Source: Stramenopiles sp. TOSAG23-3
Taxonomy: Eukaryota
DNA: 44,647 bases
NCBI GenBank assembly: GCA_900128585.1
Contig: LT642173.1
Span: 1-44,647 of the forward strand
Reading direction: 5' to 3'
In this document: in pieces, positions 9,401 to 20,320 of the stretch
Layout: every line of letters begins with the position of its first letter
Position numbering within the stretch: position 1 is the first letter of the stretch
Translations under genes and position numbers: made by a program
The notes under the pieces: model-generated
What the model was told of the DNA's origin: nothing
Database searches by the model: none
What the model saw: only the letters and a program-made list of their open reading frames with translations

Positions 9401-12400
9401 AGAAGAACACTCTCCAATACTGGATCAATTGTTTCAGGGACGTTTTCCAGCAGACACGGGTTTCCGAACTGAATTGAGTTTTCGATCGTCCTGACAAATG
9501 TTGATTGCGACTGCTTGCAAACTTTCAGTTGGTTTGGCTTTTCCATATTCTTTATCCACTTGTTTGCTTGCATTTGTGGGTCGATCATTAATGGCCATCG
9601 GTCCGATAAGGTTATCATAATCGCATTACTGACCGAGAACTGGTCGTTTGGTAGTTTATCAATATTCCATTTGCGAATCACAACCGGTTCGCCCAGTGTT
9701 TCTACCAACGAAAAGTTCTCTGCGCACGTAATGTTCTTTGAGGTAAGCATACCAGACCACGCCTTGATTGCATTATCGCGGTAGCTCTGCACGAAACAAC
9801 CCATGTAAGCAATTAGACCAGACGACAAGACAACGTCGCCAGTAATATTACCGTACTGAATGGTTAGGTCTTCCACAAACTGGCGCCATCTATCGCGTTC
9901 ACCACCAAGACCACTTATTAATTTTTCGGCTCTTTCTAGTCGATCAGCACACTGTTTAACATCAAACTCAAGCTTATTCTTGTAATCGAGAGTTTCCTGA
10001 AGTTCTTTCTGCAAAGCGTCAAGGTTATCTTGGACTATTTTCAACTCTGCCTGTTTCGCTGCTAGCTCTGTTTCTGCTGCTGCTAAGTCAGTCGAGGCTT
10101 TCGCCAACGCAATACGTTTGGGCTCCACCTCTTTTGCCACCTTGTCGTACATGATCATCGCATGGACCCACTGGCACAACCCCGCGCAAGCTTTCGATGA
10201 TTTCTTAACTAATGCCGGAGTGAAATCATCTCTTTCACAGAATAAACCAACTTTTTCTACAATTTCAACGTCGATATTGTCTCTGTCATAAGCCATTAAC
10301 TTGGGCAAAAATTTAGGATCTCCGAGAAGTTCTTTCTGGGCAACCGGCCAGTAATCGTTTATTTTACGGGAGGGGTTATCTGGGTCTTTCACGCGTGCAG
10401 GTTTTAATGCAAACATGAGACAGACAGCTTCCATGGTGACTTTCACGCCGTGCGGAGGATTCTTCATGGCCTTCACCTCGGTAATATCACCTTTCGTCAG
10501 CGAATTAAGCGCTTTTTCCGCAGATTTTAGCGCTGGGATTGCAACGGCGAGCATCTCTTCACACTCCGATTTCATCGTGGCAGCCTCTCGTTTTGTTATG
10601 TCACATGCAGCGACAATCTTGTCTACAGCTTCAACTTGTACTCCAACAGTCTTTTCCTCCGCTTGTACTACAACGAGCTTTTCGGCAGTCTCTTTTTGGG
10701 CCACTTTCAACTTCGGTTGGAGCGCTTCTAGCTCCTCCTGCATACCAGCCACTTGCTCAGCAGTTTCTAATATTTTTGTAAGTCCATTTTGATAACGATC
10801 ACGCTTTTGCGATACTTCGTGGCGTTTCTTTCCTATAAGGGTCTTGAATGTCTTGATTAGGGCCAGGTAGCTCGTAGGCGTTACGTAGTAGTACCGCCGA
10901 AGCTCCTCCAAATATAAGGATGCCATTTTAGAGACACGCATCTGCATGTCAACGCAAGTTTCAACGACTGCCAGGCGCTCATCATCTCCCATGGTCAAAT
11001 CCTTCAAGAAGAACATTGCTACAGAACGCAATGCCTCGTCCGGCCAGTTCAAAAACCAGTCTATTGTACAACAATTAATCAGAGAAGGAAACATGCGCAA
11101 TCTCGTGCGAAATGCACTTCCGACTGGACTAAATGCGAGGCAGATGTGAAGGTTTTCTCGGCATTTCTGCACAAATAACTTGAGCAGTTGTGTAGACGTG
11201 GCGTCTTTCATTCCCATTTCTTGGGCGACTTTAGATAAAGTCTCGCAGATCATATTCTTTTCATCTATTGGAAAAATATTTGGAACCTCGCCAGTATTGA
11301 GGATATTATTAATGTCTTCGACAAAATCTTCTTGTTTAATCTGTGTGTCACTAAACAGAAACACCGTGGGTTTGCATTGTTCACCGGCTAGACGAAGCAC
11401 CGTCTTCAGATCTTCGCGCCACTCATTCATCCCATAGACTTTGGTGATTTCGATCTCGAATAATGTCATATCTGAAATGAAAACGGCCAATGTGGTCAGA
11501 CTCTTCCTACCACTCCCACCGACGCCAACAAGCAAAGCATTCCCATATGGCTGCTGAATAACTCGTGCAATTCTTGAACAATGCTCGATCGCGTTCATGA
11601 ACAGCACCAAATGCATGGGCTTTGGGTACATATTGTTGTAGTCCTCCAGGTACTCGTTCATTACAGTGCTCAATTTTTCATGGTCTGTGAATTCAATATA
11701 ATTCCGTCTCTCAGGGTCTACCTGCGGGTCAATAAAATTACCAAATATCAGGCCTTTTTCGCCCGCAACACTTTTCCAATCTTTTCTGAAGTGATCTTTG
11801 CATCCCCGCTCTAACATTTCATCGAACAATTGTCTATCCTCTTTGTTTATCAAACGGTCACGAAATACCCGCATACATTCGTGACCCCACAAACGAATCA
11901 TTTCACTTGCATCATTCATTAAATCGCCATTGGCAGTGGACACTCCCTGGAACACTTTTGACAAATCTCGCAGATTGTAGGTGTAGTGCGATTTTAAAGG
12001 TGTCGGGAGCAGTATTTTTCCGACTTCGTCATAAACCTCAATGGTTGCCTGCACCATGGGATCATTCAGTTTCTTGATGCTAGTTCCAAAACCCGACAAG
12101 AACCAATCGCAAACCGAACTAAAAATTTGCTTTAAGGAACTGGCATTGAACGGGACAATGTTGATCATGTTGAAATGTCTGACATACCGTTGCGTTATAC
12201 GCGTTTTACCGCCACCTGGTGGACCCATTGCGCATATAAACTGAATATCAATGATACGCTTAAAGGCCCATGTGGGGTCTAGTCTATCGTACCAACCCTG
12301 GTGATCCATCCAAGCGCGTAAAATTTCGATTGGGGGTTGGGCACCGTATTCTTCTTTCTTCGGCATGTTAAGGTCGTCTACAAACACCGTTGCCTTAAAC

Positions 12401-15400
12401 CCGGGTGATGGGCCAAACACACCCTTTCGCCGCTTCCCTAACTTTCCATCAATAATATCTTGGGTCTGGTTTGCGGTGGTTTGGGCAGAAAAGTTCACAA
12501 AAATGGGGGTAAATTTTGTTTTATCTAATTTCCCGTCGACCAGCTTCTTAATGAAAACTGATTTCCCTGTGCCTGTTTCCCCAGTAACCAAAACTTGCTT
12601 GCCACATAAAACAAGGAGCTCAACAATACTTTCCGTTCGGACGGTATCAATAGTTGGCACAATAATATCGGCAAACTTCGTCTCTTTGGGAATAGAATAC
12701 CCTTTCCCTTTTGGCATCCATCCTTCCCATTTCCCTTTCCTGCAGTCGAATTTGTAATCAAATACCATCCCCGACTCCGGGACACCATCAATAGCATGGC
12801 GGCCCGCCAAGCAGTCCCCGTCGTAAGATGGGTTCTTTGCAACGAACAAGTTCCATCTCTCGTCTTCTTGAATGGTTCCCATAATAGCTTGGCGAAGTAG
12901 ATCGTCGAATATTTTTCTTCCTGCAGTGTTACAGACTCCACCAACAGCCCATATTATACAAAAGATTGTAAGGTTTTCAACCCATTTAGGAACATCTTTG
13001 TCGGCAGGAAACTTTTCCATTTTTGTGAAATAACACGACATAAGTTTCATGGTGTTGTTGGCAAGTTCCATAACAGTGATCGGGGTTGGGATTTTGGTGT
13101 ACTGATTGATAAAAAAAATTGAAGGCTGCATTAGCCACATGTAAACGGCTTCGATAGTAGCGGTATGTTTTACAAGTCCTTCGGGTAAATTTTCTAACCA
13201 CGAGTCCAAGAGTGGCCTCCACCCTAGCCGTCCTGGCTCCATGTAAACAACGCCAACGCGGCTAACTGTTGCCGGTGATGCTTCGTCTAAGTCTTCTGGT
13301 TCAAACATCATCGTCATATATGGGCTCATTTTAACAATCTCTCCACTTGTTAAGCACAGCTTTTTATTATCATCGAGCACAGTGTTCATACTTTCGATCC
13401 ACAGCGTATCTACTGGCCCGTCAAACATGAGCCACACCTTTTTCCCAGATAACTCTTTCGAAGAATCGCGGTACACAATAGCCAGCACACCATCGTCCCA
13501 CTCATGTGAGTTGGGGTCAAAGGCTCCGTACAGCTGGGTCGACGCGACACTTTTGGGGTTAATCGTATGGATCTGCACATCCGGGGGGAAATCTTCACCT
13601 TCGATTCGTCTCAACGATTCTGCCAAGACTCGAAGGATAGAAGTTTTCCCCGCAAAGCCTTGGCCTACGATCATAAGGCCGTGGCGAACCGCTACAGTTT
13701 CGTACAATTGGATTGTGCTTTTAATGAAAGAGTCAACTGGCTGAAGACCAAAATCTTTACTGACTTCTTTCATAGTGGGAATGAGGGGGCCATAATCCGG
13801 CACTGGCAATTTGAGGCCAGGGAAGAGGTCTGCCGTAATACCAGTAAACAGGGGAATGTCATTTGTTGTGAACTTCGGAAGATTTACGTCGGTGATGGCA
13901 CTTAAGACAATTGATGCTTCGTCTAACTGTCCCTGCAAATCTAGTAAGAGTTTTCCAGCACGCACTAAAATTGAAAATACTGCCCGCATCCCGTAATCAT
14001 AGTGCTTCTGGGATGATAGCAGTTCACTACTGAGCTTCAAAACCTGCGTCAATTTACGGGCCAATGGGGTAGCACCGTTGAATCCCATTGCAAACAGCAT
14101 GACTTCTGCAATTAGAGCGTAATCTGGAACCATCATAGCGCAAGGTCGGAAAAGGGCCTTCAAGTTATCGGGAAGTTCTTGTCTACCAGCATAACCTGGG
14201 TTCATAGTGATAAACACATTAGCGTCCGGATTCAGAGTCAATGTTGTTCCTTCAAACTCAAATGTTTTTACCCGCGCCCGTTTTGCTTTCTGAAGCGTCA
14301 AAATTTGTTGTGCAATGACACTTAAAACTTCCAGAATAATTCTGTTAAATTCATCGAAACAACTCCACGATCCCGACTGAGCCAAACCTTTGAAAAACTT
14401 CCCCATAGCTTTGTAGTCAAATTCCGGGGAGCAATTGAGCACTACGCATTGAATGGCGCACCCTTTTGAGAGGTCTTTAACCGTTTCAGTTTTACCCGTA
14501 CCGGCTGGCCCAGCGGGGGCACCGCCAAACATTAGAGAGACGGCCCCCATTAGCGTACGATAACATCTGTCAGTCAACGGCGTTACGACAAGGCGCCCTT
14601 GGTTCCCTATGTATTCATAACCATACATTTGGGAAGCATTAAGGATTCGCGCGATGAGATTATGGGGTTCCTCTGTATCCCCATATCGATTGTAGTCATC
14701 CGGTTTGTTGTCCCAAGTAAAGCGCAGTTGAGACAGCCATTCAAACGCATCCTTTCGGTCAACCTTTTGTTCAATCATTTCTTGTACAGAATTCTTCGCG
14801 TGGACATCTAAAGTACATAACGCGCGAATCAGGGTTCGCTGTTGCTTTGTCATTTTGCCTCGCACCATCTCTACAATCACACCAATTTGCTTGTCTAGCA
14901 GTATTTTGTACTCCTTCAACCCTTCTAACCCTTTTTTATCGATGCTGGCCTCTACCTCTTTTGTCCAGTACAGCATACTAACGTTCAAAATAACTTGGCC
15001 CGGCCAGTTGAGCGACCAATCTCGGCGAGGAATTTGGGGGTATTGTTCTATAGCGGCCTTTATTTGATCTTTTATCGTAATTCTCATTGATGACTGCATT
15101 TGGAGAAGCCAATTCTCAACATTCCCCTTGTTTTCCCCTTCGTTGGGGTCTATAAATATCGACAACGGAACAACCTCACCCTTTGAATCTTTCATCTCTA
15201 TAATCGTTGCATCTTTCTCGTTGCCATTTGTTTCACCCCTAAAGGTTACCTTTGCAACTCCCTCGAAACACTTATTTAAATAAGGTTGAACGGCACGAGG
15301 ATCCTTTGTTTGAGACAAGATTTCAAGGAGTTCGTCGTTGGACAGAAAGAAAAACCTGGAAAACGCAAGCCGTTTAACCTCCAGGTACTCTTCCAAACCT

Positions 15401-18400
15401 TTCTGGATAACATCTAATCTCTTGCTAGCGCCTTTAAATTGTTCTAGAAGTTCTTCTTTGCCAGCTGCATGCATCATCTTGGGCATGTCCACAGTTTCTT
15501 TCATTGTTTTCCTCCAAAATTGATCCACAGCCGCAAAACGCCGGCCTTCTGTCGGCATCTGGCGCATTATATCTTCACTGCCAAATATAGGCTCCAAGTA
15601 CATCCACGTTCGTTGTACACTTAGCCATTCATCTAATAGCTCTTGTGCATATACAAGTTTACGTTCAAACGCCTGCGTTTCTTTCCTTATGTATTTAATG
15701 AACGGAGAGCCAAGCATAGTTTGGACAAGGACAATTTGATCATCAAGCAAGGCGTAAATCTCGTCCGTTCCCAAAATAATGTGGGTTGTATTCTCATCCG
15801 CCTCTTGCCCTTTCTTTAAATGCTGTTTGCAAAACAGATTCACATCGTCCCACTCGGTTTGCATATTACGCATTTTTGTCATCAGGTTGTCTTCTTTATT
15901 GGCAATTGTCGTGATTTCTTCTACTTTGTCCCACTTTGACATTATGTCAATATCGACAAGACTTTGCAGAGTAAGGTCCATGTCTGGGATGAGGTCGTGT
16001 TCGATAGCTTCTGAAAGCATACTCCAGTGACGATCTAGCAGTGCTTTGCTTCCAAGGGCCTCCAGTAGAGGGACATTCTTTTTAAATGAATCGGTCTTTT
16101 CTCGCAACGTTGCAGCAACTTCTGAAGCTTTTGGGGCTTTGTCTTTCAACTTACTTTTCATTTTGTAACTCTTTTGCCAAGCTGAAGTTACAAAAGCGCC
16201 GATGTCTTTCGCATTCAATTTCAAAAATGGCCCTCCTAACCACGTCTCAACGTTGTTGTAAAAGTCACCAAACATCGTCCATAGTTCAAAAAATGGTTGG
16301 AATTCATCAATGTAACCATTTATCTCCGAAAAATAATCCTCTTTTTCATGCCCAAACGCTTCCTCTCGTTCGTTAAAAGTTTCCGCTTTCTCAATCGCAC
16401 CTTTCAGCTCTGTGTCAATATTTATGGCTTCGTCGACTGTGGTAGCAAGATCATAGTCGCGTTCTGGGTCGGAGCCACCGATATCATAGTACGCCTTTAC
16501 GCGAACGCCAAGAGATTCAACATACTTGCGAAACTCAATTTGGTCCTTTTCAAGGGCGCGCTGCATTTTTTTCTTCATTTTTCTAATGGCTGCCTGCGCG
16601 TCAGCAAACGCATCGTTGACCATAGTCGGCCACTTACGAACATTCCACGACAATTTGAAAATATTAAACGGAGTTTTATAGCCAAATTGCCCCATGGCAT
16701 TCAGCCTATCCGACGATGTAGTAACGGACTTCTTCAGCGACATTACTTGCTGGCCTAAACTATCAACGTATGTCTTTAATTCAATCAACTCCATTTCCGT
16801 TTTCGGTTGCGTTGAAACACGCTTTAAGATAGTTGAATAAGCAGCGTTCACCTTTTCAAATCTGGCTTTAGCGTCTTCTACAACAGCATCGATAATGACT
16901 TGCCCGTGTTCTTTGGCGGCGCTTTCAAGCGTATATTTGCATGCGGCGGTTTCAATTGCACCGATTGCAAACGACTCAATATTCATGCAACTCCGCTTGG
17001 CATCGTCGGAAGCGTTAAACAATCTCTGCAATTCTTTGACTATTGCATCCAGTTCTAGGTCAGGTACCGTTTCGGCAAATGCATGCGCCGTAATTGAAGT
17101 TTTTGGATGCGTAAGGAAGGCTGCTTGTTCAAGTTTTGTCTTCACAGCATTCATACCTACGAGGGATTCTGTAATTTGTTTCGAGCAAGCAACTTTCAAA
17201 TGATCCACTGCCGTCATGACGGGCTTAAATACATCTTTACTGAGATCTAGGATGGCGGGTTCCGGAACATTCAGCAAGGTCATCAACTCCGCATCGACAA
17301 CTTTGATTGTGCTAACAGTCTCTACAATCTTATCTATGACCTTCGTGAACGCATTCTGAACCTTTTCGACAGGAGGCGTGATGGTTACAACGCCGTCCGA
17401 GACTTCTGTGTTGAACTTAATCAAGGGCCTGGGATGAGAACCGAATCCATCCGCATCCCCCTCTCGGACAGCAGTGGCGGCGTCAATGTAGTCACTCCAC
17501 ATTTGCACATTGTACTCCAACATATCACGAAGTTGGTCAGCCATTCGTACTCGCAGGGCATGCAGAAATACTACCAAGTTGCTGCGTTGAAAAACTTCAA
17601 GTTCACTTTCATAAAAGTTAAAATAGCCTTGGCAGTTGTCTAGAAGGTTGTCTGCTAGTCGGCGTCGAAAGCGCTGCAAAAGATTTTCGCTCATTTCATT
17701 GCATAGCGCAATTTGCTTTGCCTCAAACTCTTCGACCGTTATTGGTTCGCTTTCTGGCGTAGTATGACACATGCATTTTTGGTCAAAATCGTCCGTGTAA
17801 GTGTACATGTGCGAAATAATGCTATACCGTACACCTTCGTTCTGTAGCCAAAGCTTCTTGTTGACACGGTGTCGAATCCTCTTGTAGGGCGTCTCCGATT
17901 TTGGTATTATGATACTTCCAAACTCTGGGATGGGCGCTTGACGAGGCGGTGGTGGCAACTTCAAAGCTTCATACCTTGACTTCATGACAGCATCAGATTT
18001 CAGTGCAATGTTCAATACAATTTTTTTACACGCCCTCTGATACCGGGTGGCGACATCCTGCACCAGCTCTGCTACCAACGGTGTATCGAGGGTAGTCAAA
18101 GCACTACCAATACGTCGTGAGATGTCGTTTAAAGTCCAGTCGGGAATACTTTCCACACTATCATCGGGCTGCTTCTCTAGGAAGTAATCATACCGAATAT
18201 TCGCCTTTACCTTTTCTCTCATTTCATTAGCGCGTGCGACCCGACTTTTGAATACGTCCGGGTCTTCGTCGTCGAATTGCAGGTTCAGCCTACTCACTTT
18301 CTTACTTCGCCCGTCGTCACCCATTGTAACAGTGTATTTTTTGTCGGCGTTATCGTATGCCGAAACAACGCACGGTTTCCATGACCATCCCCCGTTAGAA

Positions 18401-19026
18401 TAATAAGGAGACTTACCTGGAGCGTTTGAATCAACCCACTCATTAGGAGATTTTGACTCAAATATATCAGGATCGTCAAACTGGTCCAGAGGGATTTTTG
18501 ACATATCGAGTCTCAAAAAATCTTCGTCTTCTACAGCGTTGGAAACAGAAGTTGCAGCGAACGAACCTTCGGAGGAGTCCTCCTCTTTTTCTGCAACTTT
18601 GGTATCTTCATCTTCCTCTTCAATGTCGTAGACACGAAGGAGCTTAACCCTCGGGTCGTTCTTCTCGGGACCTGCCCCAAAGTGTCGCTTTCGTCGAGTA
18701 GCCGGCATGTTTGGGGGATACGGGCGCATTGGCTGTTTCTGGTACGGTGCTTTCGCTTTTAAACGTTTTTGCATAACCTTTTCTTGGTCGAACCAGCGCG
18801 CTGGCAAATTATTATAATCCATGCTGGTCATAGTATCGTTTGGCTCCATCTTCCCACCGACTTTGGAAGTGGATGATGACTTCTTTAGATCGTTCATCGA
18901 TTTGCTATGCTGCGCTTTCTTTTTCTTCTTTTTCTTGTCGGCCGAGGTTTTTTCAGCACCCCTCTTCTTCGCCCATTCCGGGATATCAGCCCCGGCTGTA
19001 GACTGAACACTAACACTCTTCTTCAT
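6433..19026 (-). CDS. DNAH1: Axonemal inner-arm (single-headed) dynein heavy chain, DNAH1-like, intronless, ~4197 aa
   Basis: P-loops GPAGTGKT, GQGFAGKT, GETGTGKS and GVGGSGRKS; CFDEFNR; FITMNPGYAGRQELPDNLKALFR; stalk and C-terminal domains present. The N-terminal IPLDQFDD..SPNEW..SAYD..RLNLQFDDEDP resembles the DNAH1 tail as recalled. First in-frame ATG is at 19026 (track start is GTG). The family is certain; the subfamily is less so. Confidence 0.9.
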   Translation of the reverse strand: MKKSVSVQSTAGADIPEWAKKRGAEKTSADKKKKKKKAQHSKSMNDLKKSSSTSKVGGKMEPNDTMTSMDYNNLPARWFDQEKVMQKRLKAKAPYQKQPMRPYPPNMPATRRKRHFGAGPEKNDPRVKLLRVYDIEEEDEDTKVAEKEEDSSEGSFAATSVSNAVEDEDFLRLDMSKIPLDQFDDPDIFESKSPNEWVDSNAPGKSPYYSNGGWSWKPCVVSAYDNADKKYTVTMGDDGRSKKVSRLNLQFDDEDPDVFKSRVARANEMREKVKANIRYDYFLEKQPDDSVESIPDWTLNDISRRIGSALTTLDTPLVAELVQDVATRYQRACKKIVLNIALKSDAVMKSRYEALKLPPPPRQAPIPEFGSIIIPKSETPYKRIRHRVNKKLWLQNEGVRYSIISHMYTYTDDFDQKCMCHTTPESEPITVEEFEAKQIALCNEMSENLLQRFRRRLADNLLDNCQGYFNFYESELEVFQRSNLVVFLHALRVRMADQLRDMLEYNVQMWSDYIDAATAVREGDADGFGSHPRPLIKFNTEVSDGVVTITPPVEKVQNAFTKVIDKIVETVSTIKVVDAELMTLLNVPEPAILDLSKDVFKPVMTAVDHLKVACSKQITESLVGMNAVKTKLEQAAFLTHPKTSITAHAFAETVPDLELDAIVKELQRLFNASDDAKRSCMNIESFAIGAIETAACKYTLESAAKEHGQVIIDAVVEDAKARFEKVNAAYSTILKRVSTQPKTEMELIELKTYVDSLGQQVMSLKKSVTTSSDRLNAMGQFGYKTPFNIFKLSWNVRKWPTMVNDAFADAQAAIRKMKKKMQRALEKDQIEFRKYVESLGVRVKAYYDIGGSDPERDYDLATTVDEAINIDTELKGAIEKAETFNEREEAFGHEKEDYFSEINGYIDEFQPFFELWTMFGDFYNNVETWLGGPFLKLNAKDIGAFVTSAWQKSYKMKSKLKDKAPKASEVAATLREKTDSFKKNVPLLEALGSKALLDRHWSMLSEAIEHDLIPDMDLTLQSLVDIDIMSKWDKVEEITTIANKEDNLMTKMRNMQTEWDDVNLFCKQHLKKGQEADENTTHIILGTDEIYALLDDQIVLVQTMLGSPFIKYIRKETQAFERKLVYAQELLDEWLSVQRTWMYLEPIFGSEDIMRQMPTEGRRFAAVDQFWRKTMKETVDMPKMMHAAGKEELLEQFKGASKRLDVIQKGLEEYLEVKRLAFSRFFFLSNDELLEILSQTKDPRAVQPYLNKCFEGVAKVTFRGETNGNEKDATIIEMKDSKGEVVPLSIFIDPNEGENKGNVENWLLQMQSSMRITIKDQIKAAIEQYPQIPRRDWSLNWPGQVILNVSMLYWTKEVEASIDKKGLEGLKEYKILLDKQIGVIVEMVRGKMTKQQRTLIRALCTLDVHAKNSVQEMIEQKVDRKDAFEWLSQLRFTWDNKPDDYNRYGDTEEPHNLIARILNASQMYGYEYIGNQGRLVVTPLTDRCYRTLMGAVSLMFGGAPAGPAGTGKTETVKDLSKGCAIQCVVLNCSPEFDYKAMGKFFKGLAQSGSWSCFDEFNRIILEVLSVIAQQILTLQKAKRARVKTFEFEGTTLTLNPDANVFITMNPGYAGRQELPDNLKALFRPCAMMVPDYALIAEVMLFAMGFNGATPLARKLTQVLKLSSELLSSQKHYDYGMRAVFSILVRAGKLLLDLQGQLDEASIVLSAITDVNLPKFTTNDIPLFTGITADLFPGLKLPVPDYGPLIPTMKEVSKDFGLQPVDSFIKSTIQLYETVAVRHGLMIVGQGFAGKTSILRVLAESLRRIEGEDFPPDVQIHTINPKSVASTQLYGAFDPNSHEWDDGVLAIVYRDSSKELSGKKVWLMFDGPVDTLWIESMNTVLDDNKKLCLTSGEIVKMSPYMTMMFEPEDLDEASPATVSRVGVVYMEPGRLGWRPLLDSWLENLPEGLVKHTATIEAVYMWLMQPSIFFINQYTKIPTPITVMELANNTMKLMSCYFTKMEKFPADKDVPKWVENLTIFCIIWAVGGVCNTAGRKIFDDLLRQAIMGTIQEDERWNLFVAKNPSYDGDCLAGRHAIDGVPESGMVFDYKFDCRKGKWEGWMPKGKGYSIPKETKFADIIVPTIDTVRTESIVELLVLCGKQVLVTGETGTGKSVFIKKLVDGKLDKTKFTPIFVNFSAQTTANQTQDIIDGKLGKRRKGVFGPSPGFKATVFVDDLNMPKKEEYGAQPPIEILRAWMDHQGWYDRLDPTWAFKRIIDIQFICAMGPPGGGKTRITQRYVRHFNMINIVPFNASSLKQIFSSVCDWFLSGFGTSIKKLNDPMVQATIEVYDEVGKILLPTPLKSHYTYNLRDLSKVFQGVSTANGDLMNDASEMIRLWGHECMRVFRDRLINKEDRQLFDEMLERGCKDHFRKDWKSVAGEKGLIFGNFIDPQVDPERRNYIEFTDHEKLSTVMNEYLEDYNNMYPKPMHLVLFMNAIEHCSRIARVIQQPYGNALLVGVGGSGRKSLTTLAVFISDMTLFEIEITKVYGMNEWREDLKTVLRLAGEQCKPTVFLFSDTQIKQEDFVEDINNILNTGEVPNIFPIDEKNMICETLSKVAQEMGMKDATSTQLLKLFVQKCRENLHICLAFSPVGSAFRTRLRMFPSLINCCTIDWFLNWPDEALRSVAMFFLKDLTMGDDERLAVVETCVDMQMRVSKMASLYLEELRRYYYVTPTSYLALIKTFKTLIGKKRHEVSQKRDRYQNGLTKILETAEQVAGMQEELEALQPKLKVAQKETAEKLVVVQAEEKTVGVQVEAVDKIVAACDITKREAATMKSECEEMLAVAIPALKSAEKALNSLTKGDITEVKAMKNPPHGVKVTMEAVCLMFALKPARVKDPDNPSRKINDYWPVAQKELLGDPKFLPKLMAYDRDNIDVEIVEKVGLFCERDDFTPALVKKSSKACAGLCQWVHAMIMYDKVAKEVEPKRIALAKASTDLAAAETELAAKQAELKIVQDNLDALQKELQETLDYKNKLEFDVKQCADRLERAEKLISGLGGERDRWRQFVEDLTIQYGNITGDVVLSSGLIAYMGCFVQSYRDNAIKAWSGMLTSKNITCAENFSLVETLGEPVVIRKWNIDKLPNDQFSVSNAIMITLSDRWPLMIDPQMQANKWIKNMEKPNQLKVCKQSQSTFVRTIENSIQFGNPCLLENVPETIDPVLESVLLKQIVKVGGTPSIKVGDNMVAYEEGFKLYMTSRLPNPHYPPETVVKVNLLNFMATEDGLMDQMLGVTVKEERPDLEEQMVKLVLEDADNKRQLKEIEDTILELLAKAEGNILDDAVLIETLSQSKITSNKIEKAVAAAAKVRERVDKSRQSYEIVAFRVSQLFFCIADLAAVDSMYQYSLEWYVNLFLLAISKAEVTKKLDKRLQSLIDTFTKVLYVNVCRSLFEKTKLLFSFLMCSKIMVGEKKMNPTQLKYFLSGNTAVELAQPNPNNKGLRWLENKAWGDLIGIEEVGEEFKGIADDIKSNLGDWQNIFENDNPIELIKKRFPRLDSFQQLMVLRCIRPDKCVPNMTEFIAETMGPQFVDPPSFDLKVSYEVSTCETPIMFVLTSGADPMTVLNRLADEMEMNDSSKFLCISLGQGQGPRAEKAIQLGRDKGLWVCLQNCDLGESWLPTLEKLCEEITTKNTHANFRMWLTTMPFPKFPVSVLQNGVKMTLEPPRGMRQSLQGSYTMIQPDWLEDTRNPRALKKLVFALCFFHATVSERIKFGPLGWNIRYSFSIPDLSISLDQLKLFVDEYELIPYRMLNYCVGECNYGGRVTDDKDRRCIKTILSYFYTENEDIMDDNYRFSPSGLFYAPPDGDHAATMKFVRSLPLLEGPECYGLHDNAAITSAILETTTILGALLELQPRTAGGDGETWEQKLARVANEIEKRMPEQFDLEAIAVAYPTIFEDSMNTILTQESERFDKLLFRVRTTLRNVQRAIVGEVLMSEELENMGNSLVNGLVPKLWTAVSYPSLKPVGGWVSDFLMRLDFINLWVKENSPVVYWVSGFFFTQSFLTGTRQNYARATGIAIDLLSYDFQVMAIGEELPDKPPRGAYISGLFLQGAKWDGGADGSAGGDERKTGGLVDSDPRVLFMEMPQIWLIVEETLKIQDRHVYVCPTYKTSARQGMLSTTGASTNFVMMIDIPMTETNSQNDWIKAGVAMLCSLDD

Positions 19027-20007
19027 GGATTCGAACGAATAGAACACCTATTTCAAATGTAAGCATGAGTTTTAGGGTCTGTAAGTTGTTCTGGCGTGCC
19101 TCTTGGCAAAGTTCTGACATCTTAACAATTCGTTTCTAATACGATTTGACTGTGGTCGCTCATTCAAACTCACTAACTATCGCAGGGGTGTTCAATTATT
19201 GCATTCCCAATGCAAAGCAAGCAACGCAGCATTATATTTATTATTAAAAATATAATAATAATTTCTATTTATTATTGTTGTTTTAGCAAGGGGGGATAAC
19301 AGGGCTATACCAACATAAAGTGGAAAAATGATGCAAGCGGCCACAGAGCAACAGTTCATAGTATTCAATAATGAGAGTCTGGTGCTATATTGATAGTAGA
19401 ATATTTCTAAATAGAAATAGAATAGGCCTTGATTGTTATGTTTTTATTATTATATACACAGTAGTTATCACAGCCAGCCTTGTCTTAAATTGAAGTGGAT
19501 TTGTTTTTTAACGGAATTACCTATTATATAGCCTACCTAACCTCTGAGGACATAATAATAAAGGAAGGAAGAAAATCTCAGAAAGAAAATCATACCGCGA
19601 AACGATGATCGATCCAATGCTGTGTAAGCCAACAAGGAAAATTTGCATCGTTGTGTTTTTAAACCAGCAGACATTTGCGCGTACTCATAAATAGCTTAGA
19701 GTACAACAAGCAAAACGGCCCTCAACTTTACAGTCGATCAAATTGTTTAAATTGTTAGTAATACCCGTTGGAGAATCGATGAAAGAAAGGGAGTTGCATC
19801 GCTGTTCCAGCCTAGTCGTCTAGAAAAATATTTAAAAAGTGTCCTAAAATATAATAAATGGCCGCCCCCGCTTTCCCCGGTTTTTTATTTATTAAATAAT
19901 TACTTATAAAAGCTTAACAGCCGGCCAATTTTCTTTTTTTTGTTATAAATAATATAATAGTGAATATATATAGTCGTCGTCTATTCTTCTTTTTTTAATT
20001 CCAAGTT

Positions 20008-20032
20008 GGGGTTAGCACTACCCTAACCCTAA
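20008..20032. repeat. Short telomere-like motifs (ggggttag ... ccctaaccctaa)
   Basis: (CCCTAA)2 at 20021..20032 with an opposed ggggttag at 20008..20015. Confidence 0.5.
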
Positions 20033-20320
20033 TTTGGGTACGTACCTATCTCTTTCGTACGAGCGTGTAATAATAATGTACCGTACCGTATATGGTCCTG
20101 CGTCCTGTAAACCGACTGCTCCTTTCGTTTCTTTTCCCTTCGTGTATGTGTCTTATAAGAAACTCCACGGTGTAACAATTTTTAATCTTAAATTTTAATA
20201 AAAAGATGCGCTGTTATTTAATAGGTCGCATTTCGTAAAAAAAACTCTAAGACAAGCTAAGTTGTAATGCGTCGTGAAATAGGAATGGGCACTAAACACA
20301 AATTTTGTTTTTTATTCATC

